A DNA stretch of 64,000 bases from Ignavibacteriales bacterium (GTDB lineage Bacteria > Bacteroidota > Ignavibacteria > UBA10030 > UBA6906), in the NCBI GenBank assembly GCA_037441705.1, contig JBBIRR010000001.1:308070-372069 (forward strand), in the 5' to 3' direction. Shown here one piece after another: positions 53,161 to 63,170 of the stretch; within the stretch, counting starts at the first letter, position 1; every line of letters begins with the position of its first letter. The position numbers were made by a program, and so were the translations under genes. The notes beneath the pieces were generated by a model. It was not told where the DNA came from and ran no database searches. It worked only from the letters and a program-made list of their open reading frames with translations.

Positions 53161-54816
53161 TCAGTACGCCCCCATCATGGTGGCGGCATTTGCCTGTTGC
53201 ACCAGCGCGGCAAGATGGTTGAGCGACGTCGTCATCAAATCCAATACCGGAGAAGGATAGATGCCGAGAAAGATGATGATTGCCGCCAACGGCACAAGCA
53301 TCACCATCTCACGCCCGTCCATATCGGTGAGATTCTTCCACTTCTCGGGGAGTTGGCCCAGGAACACGCGCTGCAAGGTCCACAGCATGTAGCCTGCCGT
53401 AATCACAATCGTGATGGCACCGATGATGGTGAGGGTTCGGAAGGTTTGGAACGCACCGATGAGCGAGAAGGCTTCGCTGATAAAGCCGCTGAGCCCCGGC
53501 AAGCCGAGCGCTGCGAAGAACGCAACACTCATCACCGCCGCATACTTCGGCATCTGATTCATCAAGCCGCCGAACTCATTCAACCCGCGCGTGTGGGCAC
53601 GATCGTAGATCACGCCCACAATCAAAAAGAGCATCGCCGTGATGGTTCCGTGATTGAACATCTGGAAGACCGCGCCTGTCATTCCCTGCGTGTTCATCGA
53701 AGCCATGCCGAGCGTGACGACACCCATGTGACTGATGCTCGAATACGCGATGAGTTTCTTGAAGTCCGTTTGCGCCATGGCAACCAGCGCGCCGTACACC
53801 ATGCTGATGACGCCGAGCAGGGCAATCCACCACGCGTACTCGATCATGGCGTCGGGGAACATCGGAATGCTGATGCGCATGATGCCGTAGGTCCCCATCT
53901 TCAGCAACACGCCCGCAAGAATGACGCTGATGGGCGTCGGGGCTTCGACGTGCGCATCGGGCAGCCACGTGTGGAACGGGAAGCTGGGAATCTTGATGGC
54001 GAACGCGATGAACAGCGCAATGAACGCCAGGAAACGCCAGCTCGTGTTCACGCCTGCCAGCAGCGAGCCGGGAATGAAGTTGCCGGCGTCCATCATCTGC
54101 AGCATGTTGAAGGTGTAGATCTTTTCGAGACCTTCGGTGCCTCGCTTCATCGCTTCGGCAACGGAATAGAGCGTCCCCTGCGCATCGATGTACACATTCA
54201 CGCTGAAATAGAGCGCGATCATCACCAACAGCATGAGCACGGAACCGAAGAGGGTGTAGAGGAAGAACTTGATCGCCGCGTACTCCCGGCGCGGTCCGCC
54301 CCAGATGCCGATGAGGAAGTACATCGGCAGCAGCATCACTTCCCAGAACACATAGAAGAGGAAGAAATCCAGAGCGACGAACACGCCCATCATGCCGGTG
54401 TCCAACAACAGCAGCAACGCAAAGTAGCCTTTCACACTTCGGTCAATCGTCCATGACGAGATGACGGCAACCCAGCTAATCAGCGCGGTCAGCAGAACCA
54501 TCGAGACGCTCAGCCCGTCAATGCCCATCAGGTATTCGATATGGATGCGTCCGAACCACGCGACGCCCTTGATGTCAATCCAGGTGGCTTTCTCCAGAAA
54601 CTGCATCGCCGCCTGCGAGTTGATGCCGGTAAGGGTCCGATCGAATTTGGCGAAAATGACGACGGCGAGAATCAACTGCAGCGTCACGAATGCCAGCGAC
54701 GTCCAGCGGATGCCGTTCCACTGATCCTTCGGCAGCATCAGCACGATGATCATGCCGATGACGGGAAGGAACGTGATCCAGGTGAGGACGCCGATACCGA
54801 GAATTGTCAATTCCAT
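53161..54816 (-). CDS. nuoM: NADH-quinone oxidoreductase subunit M
   Basis: 'FYVFWEVMLLPMY', 'FPFHTWLPDAHVEAP', 'LLKMG', 'AYSSISHMG'. Confidence 0.96.
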   Translation of the reverse strand: MELTILGIGVLTWITFLPVIGMIIVLMLPKDQWNGIRWTSLAFVTLQLILAVVIFAKFDRTLTGINSQAAMQFLEKATWIDIKGVAWFGRIHIEYLMGIDGLSVSMVLLTALISWVAVISSWTIDRSVKGYFALLLLLDTGMMGVFVALDFFLFYVFWEVMLLPMYFLIGIWGGPRREYAAIKFFLYTLFGSVLMLLVMIALYFSVNVYIDAQGTLYSVAEAMKRGTEGLEKIYTFNMLQMMDAGNFIPGSLLAGVNTSWRFLAFIALFIAFAIKIPSFPFHTWLPDAHVEAPTPISVILAGVLLKMGTYGIMRISIPMFPDAMIEYAWWIALLGVISMVYGALVAMAQTDFKKLIAYSSISHMGVVTLGMASMNTQGMTGAVFQMFNHGTITAMLFLIVGVIYDRAHTRGLNEFGGLMNQMPKYAAVMSVAFFAALGLPGLSGFISEAFSLIGAFQTFRTLTIIGAITIVITAGYMLWTLQRVFLGQLPEKWKNLTDMDGREMVMLVPLAAIIIFLGIYPSPVLDLMTTSLNHLAALVQQANAATMMGAY

Positions 54817-54829
54817 TGCCTGTTCTTCC

Positions 54830-55273
54830 TCATGTTAGATTGTCAAGATCATCCAGATCTCTGGCCCGACCTGCAATGCGTTTCCTCTTTTTCAGATTTT
54901 CCAAATCAATGACGTTCACAGTCAAGCCCTTACTCACGTTCACTCTTTTCCGCTTCTTGTAACATTCGTCAAATCGCATTCCTTCGATAGAGGTCAGCAG
55001 GTCAATTCTAAAAGGCGGATAGCCCAATTGAATTACGTTGTCGGGTTTTTCAAAATCCTTCGTTTGCAGTTTGAGGGACTCAAACCCAAATCTTTCAAGA
55101 GCAGCAACTATGCGTTCAGCGTTGCGGGTAGTGTTGTTCACCCAGATATCAATATCGCCTGTTGCGCGCACATAGCCGTGCATGACGACTGCATACCCAC
55201 CGACGATGAGATACTCAACGCCGGTTTCGTTTAACAACTTTAAGAACTCTCTGAAGTCTTGGTGCAGTCTCAT
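54830..55273 (-). CDS. Small nucleotidyltransferase (DUF6036-like)
   Basis: 'IVGGYAVVMHGYVRATGDIDIW', 'RIDLL', 'K..AGRARDLDDL'. Confidence 0.85.
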   Translation of the reverse strand: MRLHQDFREFLKLLNETGVEYLIVGGYAVVMHGYVRATGDIDIWVNNTTRNAERIVAALERFGFESLKLQTKDFEKPDNVIQLGYPPFRIDLLTSIEGMRFDECYKKRKRVNVSKGLTVNVIDLENLKKRKRIAGRARDLDDLDNLT

Positions 55274-55421
55274 CCGTATAGCCGAAGAAGTGTTGTCTCA
55301 ACGATTCGAGGGCTTCCAGTCTCTCGCCAACAGATCGTCGCTGCCAATAGACCCTGTCCTTCGGTTGCTTCCGGATATTCACAATGCCCACAGCGGTCCT
55401 GTCGACACGAAACTTCTTCAC
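55215..55421 (-). CDS. Small basic protein, partner of the nucleotidyltransferase
   Basis: 'YWQRRSVGERLEALESLRQ'; GTG start overlaps the nuoL stop; 3' end overlaps the NTase by 59 nt. Confidence 0.7.
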   Translation of the reverse strand: MKKFRVDRTAVGIVNIRKQPKDRVYWQRRSVGERLEALESLRQHFFGYTDETAPRLQRVLKVVKRNRR

Positions 55422-57490
55422 ACCAACCTCATGACAAAATAAAACACCATCACACCGAAGACTGCCAGGACAACGTACGTCTGCACCTTGCCGGTCTGCA
55501 CTTTGCGCAGCAGCAATCCGCCGAAGCCGGAGATGTACGCGATCGCGTTGACCGCCCCATCAACCACCCACGTATCGAACCAGCCGCTGACGGTGGAAGT
55601 CAGCTTTGTGAGCCAGCCCGATCCGTTCACGGCCCCGTCAATAATTGTGTCATCAAACCAGCGGAGGACCCTGGTAAGGCCGAGTGTACCGCCGACGGCA
55701 AACCATCCATACAGCTCATCGAAATACCATTTGTTGACGAGAAACCGATGGACAGGCGCAAGGCTCTGTGCCACCTTCTCCGCGTCAATCTTCTTTGCAG
55801 CGTAGGTCAGGAATGCGATGCCGATGCCGATGCCCGCAACCACCAGGGAAAGCATCATTGCAGTTGTGTGTGCATGATGATGCGCCTCTTCAAACGTTTC
55901 CGTTGACGGAGCGGCAAGATGATCGGGCACGACCGATTCGGGCCGCGGGACTGCCTGCATCACCCATCCGTGAGAGGCATCCAGCGGATTGAAGCTGAAC
56001 ACAAAGAAGAGCGACAGCGCGGCAAGAATGACGAGCGGCACCGTCATGATCTTCGGCGATTCGTGAATGAGATGCAGCCGGTCTGCTTTCGCATGCTCGC
56101 CGAGGAACGTGAGAATGACGAGCCGAAACATGTAGAAGGCCGTAAGTCCGGCGACAAGAAAGCCGATCAACGGTATCAGGAAATGACCCGTGAGACTGCT
56201 GAACGCGAGCGTTCCCGCGAGGATCGAGTCCTTGCTGAGGAAGCCGGACGTAAGCGGCACGCCGGAGATTGCGAGGGTGTAGATGATGAATGTCCAGTAT
56301 GTGATCGGCATCCGTGCTTTCAATCCTCCCATATTCCGAATGTCCTGCGGATCGGTGTGGTGATCGTGCTGCTCGTGCAGCGCATGATGCATCGCGTGGA
56401 TGACGGAGCCGGAGCCGAGGAACAATCCCGCTTTGAACATCGCATGCGTCACGAGGTGGAAAAACCCCGCCGCGTACGCGCCGACGCCGAGTCCCAACAC
56501 CATGTAGCCGAGTTGACTGATGGTGGAGTAGGCGAGGACTTTCTTGATGTCGTTTTGGGCGATAGCGATGGTCGCCGAGATGAACGCAGTGATGGCGCCG
56601 ATGTAGGCGATAACGACGAGCGCGTCGGCAGTCATAAGAGGGAAGGTACGCGCAACGAGGTACACGCCTGCTGCGACCATCGTTGCGGCGTGGATCAACG
56701 CGCTGACGGGCGTGGGACCTTCCATTGCGTCGGGAAGCCACACGTGCAGCGGAAACTGCGCCGACTTTCCGACCGCGCCGCAAAAGATGAGCACGCCCGC
56801 GGCGGTCAGCCACCACTCACTCCCGAGCGGCAGATGGCCCGCTTTGATGTGCTCGAAGATCTCCTGCAAGCCGAACGTGTGGAACGTTCCAAACATCACC
56901 ATGATGCCGACAAAGAAGCCGACGTCGCCCACACGATTCACGATGAAGGCTTTCATCGCCGCATTCGAGGCACTCTTCTTTTCATACCAATGACCGATGA
57001 GCAAGTACGAGCTGAGTCCCACCAACTCCCAACCGACGTACAGCAGGAAGAGATTGTTGGCAAGAACGATCATCAGCATCGAGAAGGAAAACAGGCCGAG
57101 AAAGGCGAAGTACCGACCGTAGCGCACGTCGCCGTGCATATAGCCGATCGAGAAGTAGTGCACGAGCGTGCTGATGAGCGTCACAACCGCAAGCATGATG
57201 GCCGCGAGGTTGTCAACGGAGAAGCCCAGGACAATCTTCAGCGGACCGATGCCCGGAACGTTCTGGAAATCAATCCACGTGAAGTTCAGCGTCAGTGTCG
57301 TGGCGGCATACGCCGTCAGCTTCTGGTACATGACGAGAAGCGAAAGCGCAAGGGCAACGGTGATGAGCAGCGTTTCTAACCAATCTCCCTGCCGCGGCAA
57401 GCGCTTGTTGAAGAAGGCCACCAGCACAAAGCCCGCAAGCGGCAGCAGGAGAATCACGACGGAAAGTGTGAGAAGGAATTCTTGCGACAT
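55418..57490 (-). CDS. nuoL: NADH-quinone oxidoreductase subunit L
   Basis: 'GKSAQFPLHVWLPDAMEGPTPVSALIHAATMV', 'AYSTISQLGY', 'THAMFKA'. Confidence 0.97.
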   Translation of the reverse strand: MSQEFLLTLSVVILLLPLAGFVLVAFFNKRLPRQGDWLETLLITVALALSLLVMYQKLTAYAATTLTLNFTWIDFQNVPGIGPLKIVLGFSVDNLAAIMLAVVTLISTLVHYFSIGYMHGDVRYGRYFAFLGLFSFSMLMIVLANNLFLLYVGWELVGLSSYLLIGHWYEKKSASNAAMKAFIVNRVGDVGFFVGIMVMFGTFHTFGLQEIFEHIKAGHLPLGSEWWLTAAGVLIFCGAVGKSAQFPLHVWLPDAMEGPTPVSALIHAATMVAAGVYLVARTFPLMTADALVVIAYIGAITAFISATIAIAQNDIKKVLAYSTISQLGYMVLGLGVGAYAAGFFHLVTHAMFKAGLFLGSGSVIHAMHHALHEQHDHHTDPQDIRNMGGLKARMPITYWTFIIYTLAISGVPLTSGFLSKDSILAGTLAFSSLTGHFLIPLIGFLVAGLTAFYMFRLVILTFLGEHAKADRLHLIHESPKIMTVPLVILAALSLFFVFSFNPLDASHGWVMQAVPRPESVVPDHLAAPSTETFEEAHHHAHTTAMMLSLVVAGIGIGIAFLTYAAKKIDAEKVAQSLAPVHRFLVNKWYFDELYGWFAVGGTLGLTRVLRWFDDTIIDGAVNGSGWLTKLTSTVSGWFDTWVVDGAVNAIAYISGFGGLLLRKVQTGKVQTYVVLAVFGVMVFYFVMRLV

Positions 57491-57527
57491 CGTATCTTCA
57501 CGAAAGTTGAGCGGTCAACTCCCCGCT

Positions 57528-57582
57528 TTGAGTATTGAGTTTTGAAAATTGTTTGTGATTTGGAGCTTCATCATTTGGAGCT
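57528..57582. repeat. Degenerate 7-nt period repeats plus duplicated ATTTGGAGCT in the nuoK-nuoL spacer
   Basis: TTGAGTA TTGAGTT TTGAAAA TTGTTTG; ATTTGGAGCT at 57558 and 57573. Confidence 0.6.
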
Positions 57583-57589
57583 TTCCCCT

Positions 57590-57940
57590 CTATTCCTTCA
57601 GCGTGCTTACTTCATCAATGTTCACCGTCTGGAAGCGGTGGTAGATATTCAACACGATTGCCAGCGCGATTGCAGCTTCGGCGGCGGCAAGGATGATGAC
57701 GAAGATCGCCGCGACCTGGCCGTCGAAGTTCGCCGCTCCGTAGCGCGAGAAAGCGATGAAGTTGATGTTGGCTGAATTCAGGACAAGCTCCACTCCCATC
57801 AGCACCATGATGGCGTTGCGCCTCGTGGCAATGCCGTAGATACCGAGGGCAAACAGCACCGCGCTGACAATCAGAAAGTGGGCAAGTCCCACGCGGGGCA
57901 GCCAGGCGAACACTTCTTGCACAAAGACTTCAAGATTCAT
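57590..57940 (-). CDS. nuoK: NADH-quinone oxidoreductase subunit K
   Basis: 'RRNAIMVLMGVELVLN', 'AAAEAAIALA'; start at MNLEVF. Confidence 0.95.
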   Translation of the reverse strand: MNLEVFVQEVFAWLPRVGLAHFLIVSAVLFALGIYGIATRRNAIMVLMGVELVLNSANINFIAFSRYGAANFDGQVAAIFVIILAAAEAAIALAIVLNIYHRFQTVNIDEVSTLKE

Positions 57941-57945
57941 ACGCG

Positions 57946-58449
57946 TTACACCTTTGGTTTCTTTCGGGCAAACCATGCAGCGCCGATGAGCGCTACCAAC
58001 AGGATAACCGAGGCGATCTCGAACGGCAGCAGGTACGTCGTCATCAACAACTGACCGAGCGTGGGCGTCGTCGTGCTGAGGGTCGAAGCCGCCGGCGTCA
58101 CCGTCTTCCACGACGTGTAGAACAATCCGCTAAGCGTGCCGGCAACAACGGCCACAAGAAGCAGTGCGGGAATCGTGTGCAGCGTTCCCGTTTTCAACTC
58201 CACGTTCACCACTTTGCTCGTCAGCATCACGCCGAACAACAGGAGAACAAGAATGCCGCCGACGTAGATGAGAATCTGCGTGACGGCGAGGAAATCCGCT
58301 TGCAGCAGCGCATACAGTCCCGCAACCCCGAAGAACGTGAACAGCAGCGAGAAGGCCGAGTACACAATGTTCTTCGAGAAGACAACAATGAAAGCCGAAG
58401 CAAGCGTGATGAAGGCGAAGAGGAAGAAAGCGAAATCGAACAGTTGCAT
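57946..58449 (-). CDS. nuoJ: NADH-quinone oxidoreductase subunit J
   Basis: 'QILIYVGGILVLLLFGVML', 'YLLPFEIASVILLVALIGA'. Confidence 0.95.
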   Translation of the reverse strand: MQLFDFAFFLFAFITLASAFIVVFSKNIVYSAFSLLFTFFGVAGLYALLQADFLAVTQILIYVGGILVLLLFGVMLTSKVVNVELKTGTLHTIPALLLVAVVAGTLSGLFYTSWKTVTPAASTLSTTTPTLGQLLMTTYLLPFEIASVILLVALIGAAWFARKKPKV

Positions 58450-58451
58450 AG

Positions 58452-59075
58452 CTACTCTTGAGGAGATTCCGGATTCTGAGGAGGGTCTGCCGGCTTGGCT
58501 GCGGGGGCCGCCGCGCCGACCGGGACGCGCGCGGGCGCCGGTCTGGGAGCGGCGGCGGGCGCGGCAGCTTTTTTCTCCGCCTGCTCCTTTTCGTAGGCGG
58601 CGAGCTTTGCTTTCGCTGCGTCAATCTCCTCCGGCGTCATCGTGGCAAAGCGGTAGATGAGATTCCCCCGTTCGTACTCGGAGAACTCATACACGTCGGT
58701 CATCTTGATGCACTCCGTCGGGCACGGCGGAACGCACAATCCGCAGTAGCAGCACTTGGCGATATCAATATCGAAGCGCGTCACGTACAGCCGCTTCTTC
58801 GTCCCCACCGATGTGAGGCCGAGATCAACGTCGGGTGTGGACTTGAGTGTCTCGATGGTGATGCAATCCACCGGGCAGGCCATGGAGCACTGATCGCAAC
58901 CGATGCAGTCGTCCATGTTGACGTAGAGACGATTGCGTGCGCGTTCGGGGAGTTTGATCTTCACGTCCGGATACTGGATGGTAACGGCGGGCGTGAAGAG
59001 ATGCCGCAGCGTCACCTTCATGCCGACCACCACCGTCCAGATGCCGTCCCAGATGTTTTTGAAGTATTGACCCAT
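58452..59075 (-). CDS. nuoI: NADH-quinone oxidoreductase subunit I (two 4Fe-4S)
   Basis: 'TIQYP', 'CIGCDQCSMACP', 'CCYCGLCVPPCP'; Ala/Pro-rich tail. Confidence 0.95.
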   Translation of the reverse strand: MGQYFKNIWDGIWTVVVGMKVTLRHLFTPAVTIQYPDVKIKLPERARNRLYVNMDDCIGCDQCSMACPVDCITIETLKSTPDVDLGLTSVGTKKRLYVTRFDIDIAKCCYCGLCVPPCPTECIKMTDVYEFSEYERGNLIYRFATMTPEEIDAAKAKLAAYEKEQAEKKAAAPAAAPRPAPARVPVGAAAPAAKPADPPQNPESPQE

Positions 59076-59096
59076 GGTGTTATGGTTTGTCTAATA

Positions 59097-59228
59097 TCAA
59101 ATCGTCGGGGTCTCTCCTACCAACGCTCCCACCCGGATCTTCTTGGAAGGAACAGTAACGTTTTCAATTGTAACGTAATTGACTATTCTTCCTGCCTTCT
59201 TGTCCTTTTCCGTTTTTGTTTCGTACAT
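59097..59228 (-). CDS. Possible 43-aa small ORF in the nuoH-nuoI spacer
   Basis: MYETKTEKDKKAGRIVNYVTIENVTVPSKKIRVGALVGETPTI; ATG 6 nt after the nuoH stop; fills most of the spacer. Confidence 0.35.
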   Translation of the reverse strand: MYETKTEKDKKAGRIVNYVTIENVTVPSKKIRVGALVGETPTI

Positions 59229-59234
59229 CTTCAA

Positions 59235-60260
59235 TCACCTCACCAACAACACCCACGCACCAACACCAATGACCACAGCAAACGAAAACGGAATCAACAC
59301 TTTCCATCCCACATACATGAGTTGGTCCACGCGCAGGCGTGGCAGCGTCCAGCGCAGCCACATCTGCACGAAGATGAACGCCATCCCCTTGCTGATGAAC
59401 CAGAACGCTCCCCACCACGGACCGGAGAGGAATTCGCCGAACGGCGAGTTCCATCCGCCGAAAAAGAGTGTCGCTGCAATGGCAGAGACGGCAAACATGT
59501 TCGCGTACTCTGCAAGGAAGAAGAGCGCAAACTTCATCCCGCCGTACTCCGTGTGGTAGCCCGCTACAAGCTCCGACTCCGCTTCGGGGATGTCGAAGGG
59601 CGTGCGGTTCACCTCGGCGAGCGACGCCACAAAGTAGATGACGGCGGCGATGAACAGCAGCGGGAATTTCTGGAACACCAACCAGTTCCAGAACCAGCCG
59701 GACTGCATGCGGTTGATTTCCTGCAGGTCGAACGAGCCGACGACCATCACGACCGCAAGCAGCGAGACGGCAACCGGGATTTCGTAACTCACGATTTGCG
59801 CGGCAGAGCGCATGGCGCCGAAGAGCGACCATTTGTTGTTCGATGCCCAGCCAGCCATCAGCAAGCCGACGACGACCAGCGACGAGATGGCAATGATATA
59901 AAAGAGGCCGATGTTGATTTCGGCGCCGACATACGCCGCGCTGAAGGGAATCGCCGCAAACGCCGCGTAGGAACCGACGAACACCACGAACGGCGCGAGC
60001 GTGAACAACTTTCGGTCGGCCGCCGAGGGAATGATGTCCTCTTTTTGTACAAGCTTCAGAATGTCGGCGATGGTTTGCGCCCAGCCATGCCAACCGCCGG
60101 TGCGCATGGGACCGAGACGGTCCTGCATGTGCGCGGCAACCTTCCGCTCCCACCACACGGCAAACAGCGCGAACGGAACGATCCACACCAACGGCACGAA
60201 CGCCATCAGAGCGTAGACGAGGATTTCGTTCTGAACAATGTCAATGAGGATTTCTTTCAT
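59235..60260 (-). CDS. nuoH: NADH-quinone oxidoreductase subunit H
   Basis: '[14 protein letters not shown]', '[10 protein letters not shown]', '[18 protein letters not shown]', 'TLPRLRVDQ'. Confidence 0.97.
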   Translation of the reverse strand: MKEILIDIVQNEILVYALMAFVPLVWIVPFALFAVWWERKVAAHMQDRLGPMRTGGWHGWAQTIADILKLVQKEDIIPSAADRKLFTLAPFVVFVGSYAAFAAIPFSAAYVGAEINIGLFYIIAISSLVVVGLLMAGWASNNKWSLFGAMRSAAQIVSYEIPVAVSLLAVVMVVGSFDLQEINRMQSGWFWNWLVFQKFPLLFIAAVIYFVASLAEVNRTPFDIPEAESELVAGYHTEYGGMKFALFFLAEYANMFAVSAIAATLFFGGWNSPFGEFLSGPWWGAFWFISKGMAFIFVQMWLRWTLPRLRVDQLMYVGWKVLIPFSFAVVIGVGAWVLLVR

Positions 60261-60349
60261 ACTCGATGTCTAATTCGTGATCATTCGGGGTTGCGGACCT
60301 CTTCTTGCAATGTTGCTGTCAAGCTTCCGACATCGCAATCGGCAATCAT

Positions 60350-61531
60350 TTATCTATCCACCTCACCCAACACAATGTCAATGCTGCCGAGAATGGCAAC
60401 CACATCCGCGATCATCGCACCGCGGGTGATTGTCGGCAGCAGAGAGAGATTGACGAAGCACGGGGCGCGGACTTTGACACGGAACGGACTCGTCGTGCCG
60501 TCGGCAACGATGTAGTAACCAAGCTCGCCCTTCGGTGTTTCGGTGCGGACGTACACTTCGCCGGCATCGGGCCGAATGCGCTTGGGGATTGCCGCCTGCA
60601 CGTCGCCCGGCGGCAGCTTGTCCACCGCCTGCTCGATGATGTTGAGGCTCTGTTCCATTTCCTGCACGCGCACCATGTACCGATCCCAGCAATCGCCTAC
60701 CGTTCCTTTCAAACCTTTCCCCACAGGGATTTCGAAGTCGAACCTGTCGTAGATCGAGTAGGGATCGTTCTTCCGCAAATCCCACTTGACGCCGGAGCCG
60801 CGCAGCACGGGCCCGCTCGCCCCGCAGTTGATCGCTACGTCTGCGGGCAGCACGCCGACGTTGGCCGTTCGTTCAATAAAAATCTTGTTGTACGAGAGAA
60901 GGTCGTTCAGCTCTTTGATGGTGCCGCGGAAGCGCTTGATAAAGGTCTTGACCTTGTCCGCAAAATTGGCCGGCACGTCATGCGAGAGTCCGCCGATCCA
61001 CATGTAGTTGTACAGAAGCCGCGCGCCGCAGGTCTGCTCGAAGATGTCGAGAATCGCTTCGCGGTCGCGCATGCAGAAGAGAAACGGTGTGAATGCACCG
61101 ATATCCAGTCCGTACGTACCGATGGCAATAAGATGACTGGCGATGCGCTGGAACTCCGCCATGATGACGCGAATGTACTCCACGCGTTCGGGCACCTTGA
61201 TATTGAGCAGCTTCTCGCACGCCACCACGTAGCCGAACTCGGCGTTCATCGCCGCGACGTAATCCATCCGGTCGCAGTAGGGAATCACCTGCTGGTAGTT
61301 TACCATGTGCTCGGCATGTTTCTCGAAGCAGCGATGGAGGTAGCCGATGTGAGGAATGGCATCAACGATAATCTCTCCATCAACGATCAGCTCCAGTCGC
61401 AGCACGCCGTGGGTGGAGGGATGCTGCGGGCCCATGTTGACGACCATCTCTTCCGATTTGAGAGGTCGGCCAAACCCCGGGACGGTGACGGGGCGCGTTT
61501 CCTGTTCTGTGGCGGTGATGGCTGTATTCAT
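60350..61531 (-). CDS. nuoD: NADH-quinone oxidoreductase subunit D
   Basis: '[15 protein letters not shown]', 'GYLHR', 'ETPKGELG', '[12 protein letters not shown]'; TGATG overlap with nuoC. Confidence 0.97.
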   Translation of the reverse strand: MNTAITATEQETRPVTVPGFGRPLKSEEMVVNMGPQHPSTHGVLRLELIVDGEIIVDAIPHIGYLHRCFEKHAEHMVNYQQVIPYCDRMDYVAAMNAEFGYVVACEKLLNIKVPERVEYIRVIMAEFQRIASHLIAIGTYGLDIGAFTPFLFCMRDREAILDIFEQTCGARLLYNYMWIGGLSHDVPANFADKVKTFIKRFRGTIKELNDLLSYNKIFIERTANVGVLPADVAINCGASGPVLRGSGVKWDLRKNDPYSIYDRFDFEIPVGKGLKGTVGDCWDRYMVRVQEMEQSLNIIEQAVDKLPPGDVQAAIPKRIRPDAGEVYVRTETPKGELGYYIVADGTTSPFRVKVRAPCFVNLSLLPTITRGAMIADVVAILGSIDIVLGEVDR

Positions 61532-62010
61532 CAGTACGGTACTTTCATTCCATTGTAAAACTCCGGCACCTGGTAATCTTTTCGCAGTGGATGGCCCACC
61601 CAGTCGTACGGCATCAGGATGCGCCGCAAGTCGGGGTGTCCGTCGAAGATGATGCCGAACATGTCGTAGGCTTCGCGTTCGTGCCAGTTGGCAGTCCTCC
61701 ACACCGAAGCGACCGATTGCACATGGGGATTGTCTGCCGGCACGTCGACCTTCAACGTGATCTTGTGGTTCCACTGCATCGAGTGCAGGTGATACACGAC
61801 GCCTAACGTCCCACCCGTGTAGTCCATGCCGCTCAAGCACATCAGCGAGTCGAATGCAAGCCGCTCGTCATCGCGGAGAAACTGTGCAACGTCCTTGATG
61901 CGATCCGGTGCAACCTTGATCCAGGGATTGAGTACGCCATCGAGTTTGGCCTCCAGAAGGGCGTCGGCAAACCTCTCCTGAAGCGCGTTATATATTTCCT
62001 GAGCGATCAT
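61531..62010 (-). CDS. nuoC: NADH-quinone oxidoreductase subunit C
   Basis: '[26 protein letters not shown]', 'GHPLRKDY'. Confidence 0.97.
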   Translation of the reverse strand: MIAQEIYNALQERFADALLEAKLDGVLNPWIKVAPDRIKDVAQFLRDDERLAFDSLMCLSGMDYTGGTLGVVYHLHSMQWNHKITLKVDVPADNPHVQSVASVWRTANWHEREAYDMFGIIFDGHPDLRRILMPYDWVGHPLRKDYQVPEFYNGMKVPY

Positions 62011-62043
62011 AGACGAAGGACACGGGATTGTTGGGTGAAATCA

Positions 62044-62538
62044 TCAGGCGGGCTTTTTCTTTGCGAGACTCTCGTTGCGAATTTTCTCCTGCAGCTTCAT
62101 CAATCCCTCCAGCAGGGCTTCAGGCCGGGGCGGGCACCCCGGCACATACACATCCACGGGGATCACCCTGTCCACTCCTTTGAGAACGTGGTAGCCGTGT
62201 TCCCAGTACGGACCGCCGCAGTTGGCACAACTTCCCATCGAGAGCACGTAGCGCGGCTCAGACATCTGATCGTAGAGCGTTTTAATGCGTGAAGCCATCT
62301 TCAGGGTTACGGTACCGGCAACAATCATCACATCGGATTGACGCGGCGTACCGCGGAAGAAGATGCCGAAGCGGTCGGTATCGTAATGCGACGCACCGGT
62401 GGCCATCATTTCGATGGCGCAGCATGCCAGCCCGAACTGCATGCCCCACATGGAAGAGAGTCTCGCCCAATTCAACAGATTGTCGAGCGAGGTGATGATG
62501 ATGTTGCTGTTTTCAAAGCGTTGATCGAGAAGGCCCAT
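62044..62538 (-). CDS. nuoB: NADH-quinone oxidoreductase subunit B
   Basis: 'GLACCAIEM', 'PRQSD', 'MGSCANCGG', '[10 protein letters not shown]'. Confidence 0.97.
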   Translation of the reverse strand: MGLLDQRFENSNIIITSLDNLLNWARLSSMWGMQFGLACCAIEMMATGASHYDTDRFGIFFRGTPRQSDVMIVAGTVTLKMASRIKTLYDQMSEPRYVLSMGSCANCGGPYWEHGYHVLKGVDRVIPVDVYVPGCPPRPEALLEGLMKLQEKIRNESLAKKKPA

Positions 62539-62559
62539 GGTCTATTCTTCTGCTTGAGA

Positions 62560-62997
62560 TCAGACGACAACTTCCTCTTCCGTCAGATACTGCTCGCGCA
62601 CACCCACGCCTCGTTCGTACCTGGGAATCTTCGGCGCAGGCTTGTCCCAATCCAGATCGCCGTTGCGCCACACGTACGCATAGCCCACAAAAAGAATCGC
62701 CAGGAAGACGATCATCTCCCAGAAAGCAAACCAGCCCAACTGTTTGTAGACGGTAGCCCAGGGAAACAGAAAGACGACTTCCACATCGAAGATGAGAAAG
62801 ATGAGAGCGACCACGTAGAAACGAATATTGAACCGAATACGGGTATCGCCGACGGGCGATTCGCCGCATTCGTACGTTGTGAGCTTGCTGGGATAGGGAC
62901 GATGGGGACGGATCAGCCAGGCGAAAATCAATCCGCCGGCCACGAACACGACGCCGACTATGAGAAAGATCAGCACCCGACCAAATTCGGTAAGCAT
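62560..62997 (-). CDS. nuoA: NADH-quinone oxidoreductase subunit A
   Basis: 'TYECGE', '[22 protein letters not shown]', 'GDLDW'; GGAG before ATG 62997. Confidence 0.96.
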   Translation of the reverse strand: MLTEFGRVLIFLIVGVVFVAGGLIFAWLIRPHRPYPSKLTTYECGESPVGDTRIRFNIRFYVVALIFLIFDVEVVFLFPWATVYKQLGWFAFWEMIVFLAILFVGYAYVWRNGDLDWDKPAPKIPRYERGVGVREQYLTEEEVVV

Positions 62998-63087
62998 GCA
63001 GTAGGTCTCCTGTGTGACCGGTGTAGAGTGTTGATCGTCAGTTCCGCTGACGAAAGAACGGAGAGAAAATGCAAGAAACCCGATTGC

Positions 63088-63116
63088 ATTATACAAAGAA
63101 GGTGGAGAAGAGTCAA
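63088..63116 (-). promoter_or_regulatory. nuo operon sigma70 promoter
   Basis: Minus strand TTGACT-17 nt-TATAAT. Confidence 0.8.
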
Positions 63117-63170
63117 GAAAGTGAAGCGGTGAGGTTGGCGAACCTAGAAACATGTTCTCAGCGGTTCTGG

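Noticed and set aside
58452-58600. Very GC-rich low-complexity stretch
   Set aside because: Explained by the Ala/Pro-rich disordered tail of NuoI.
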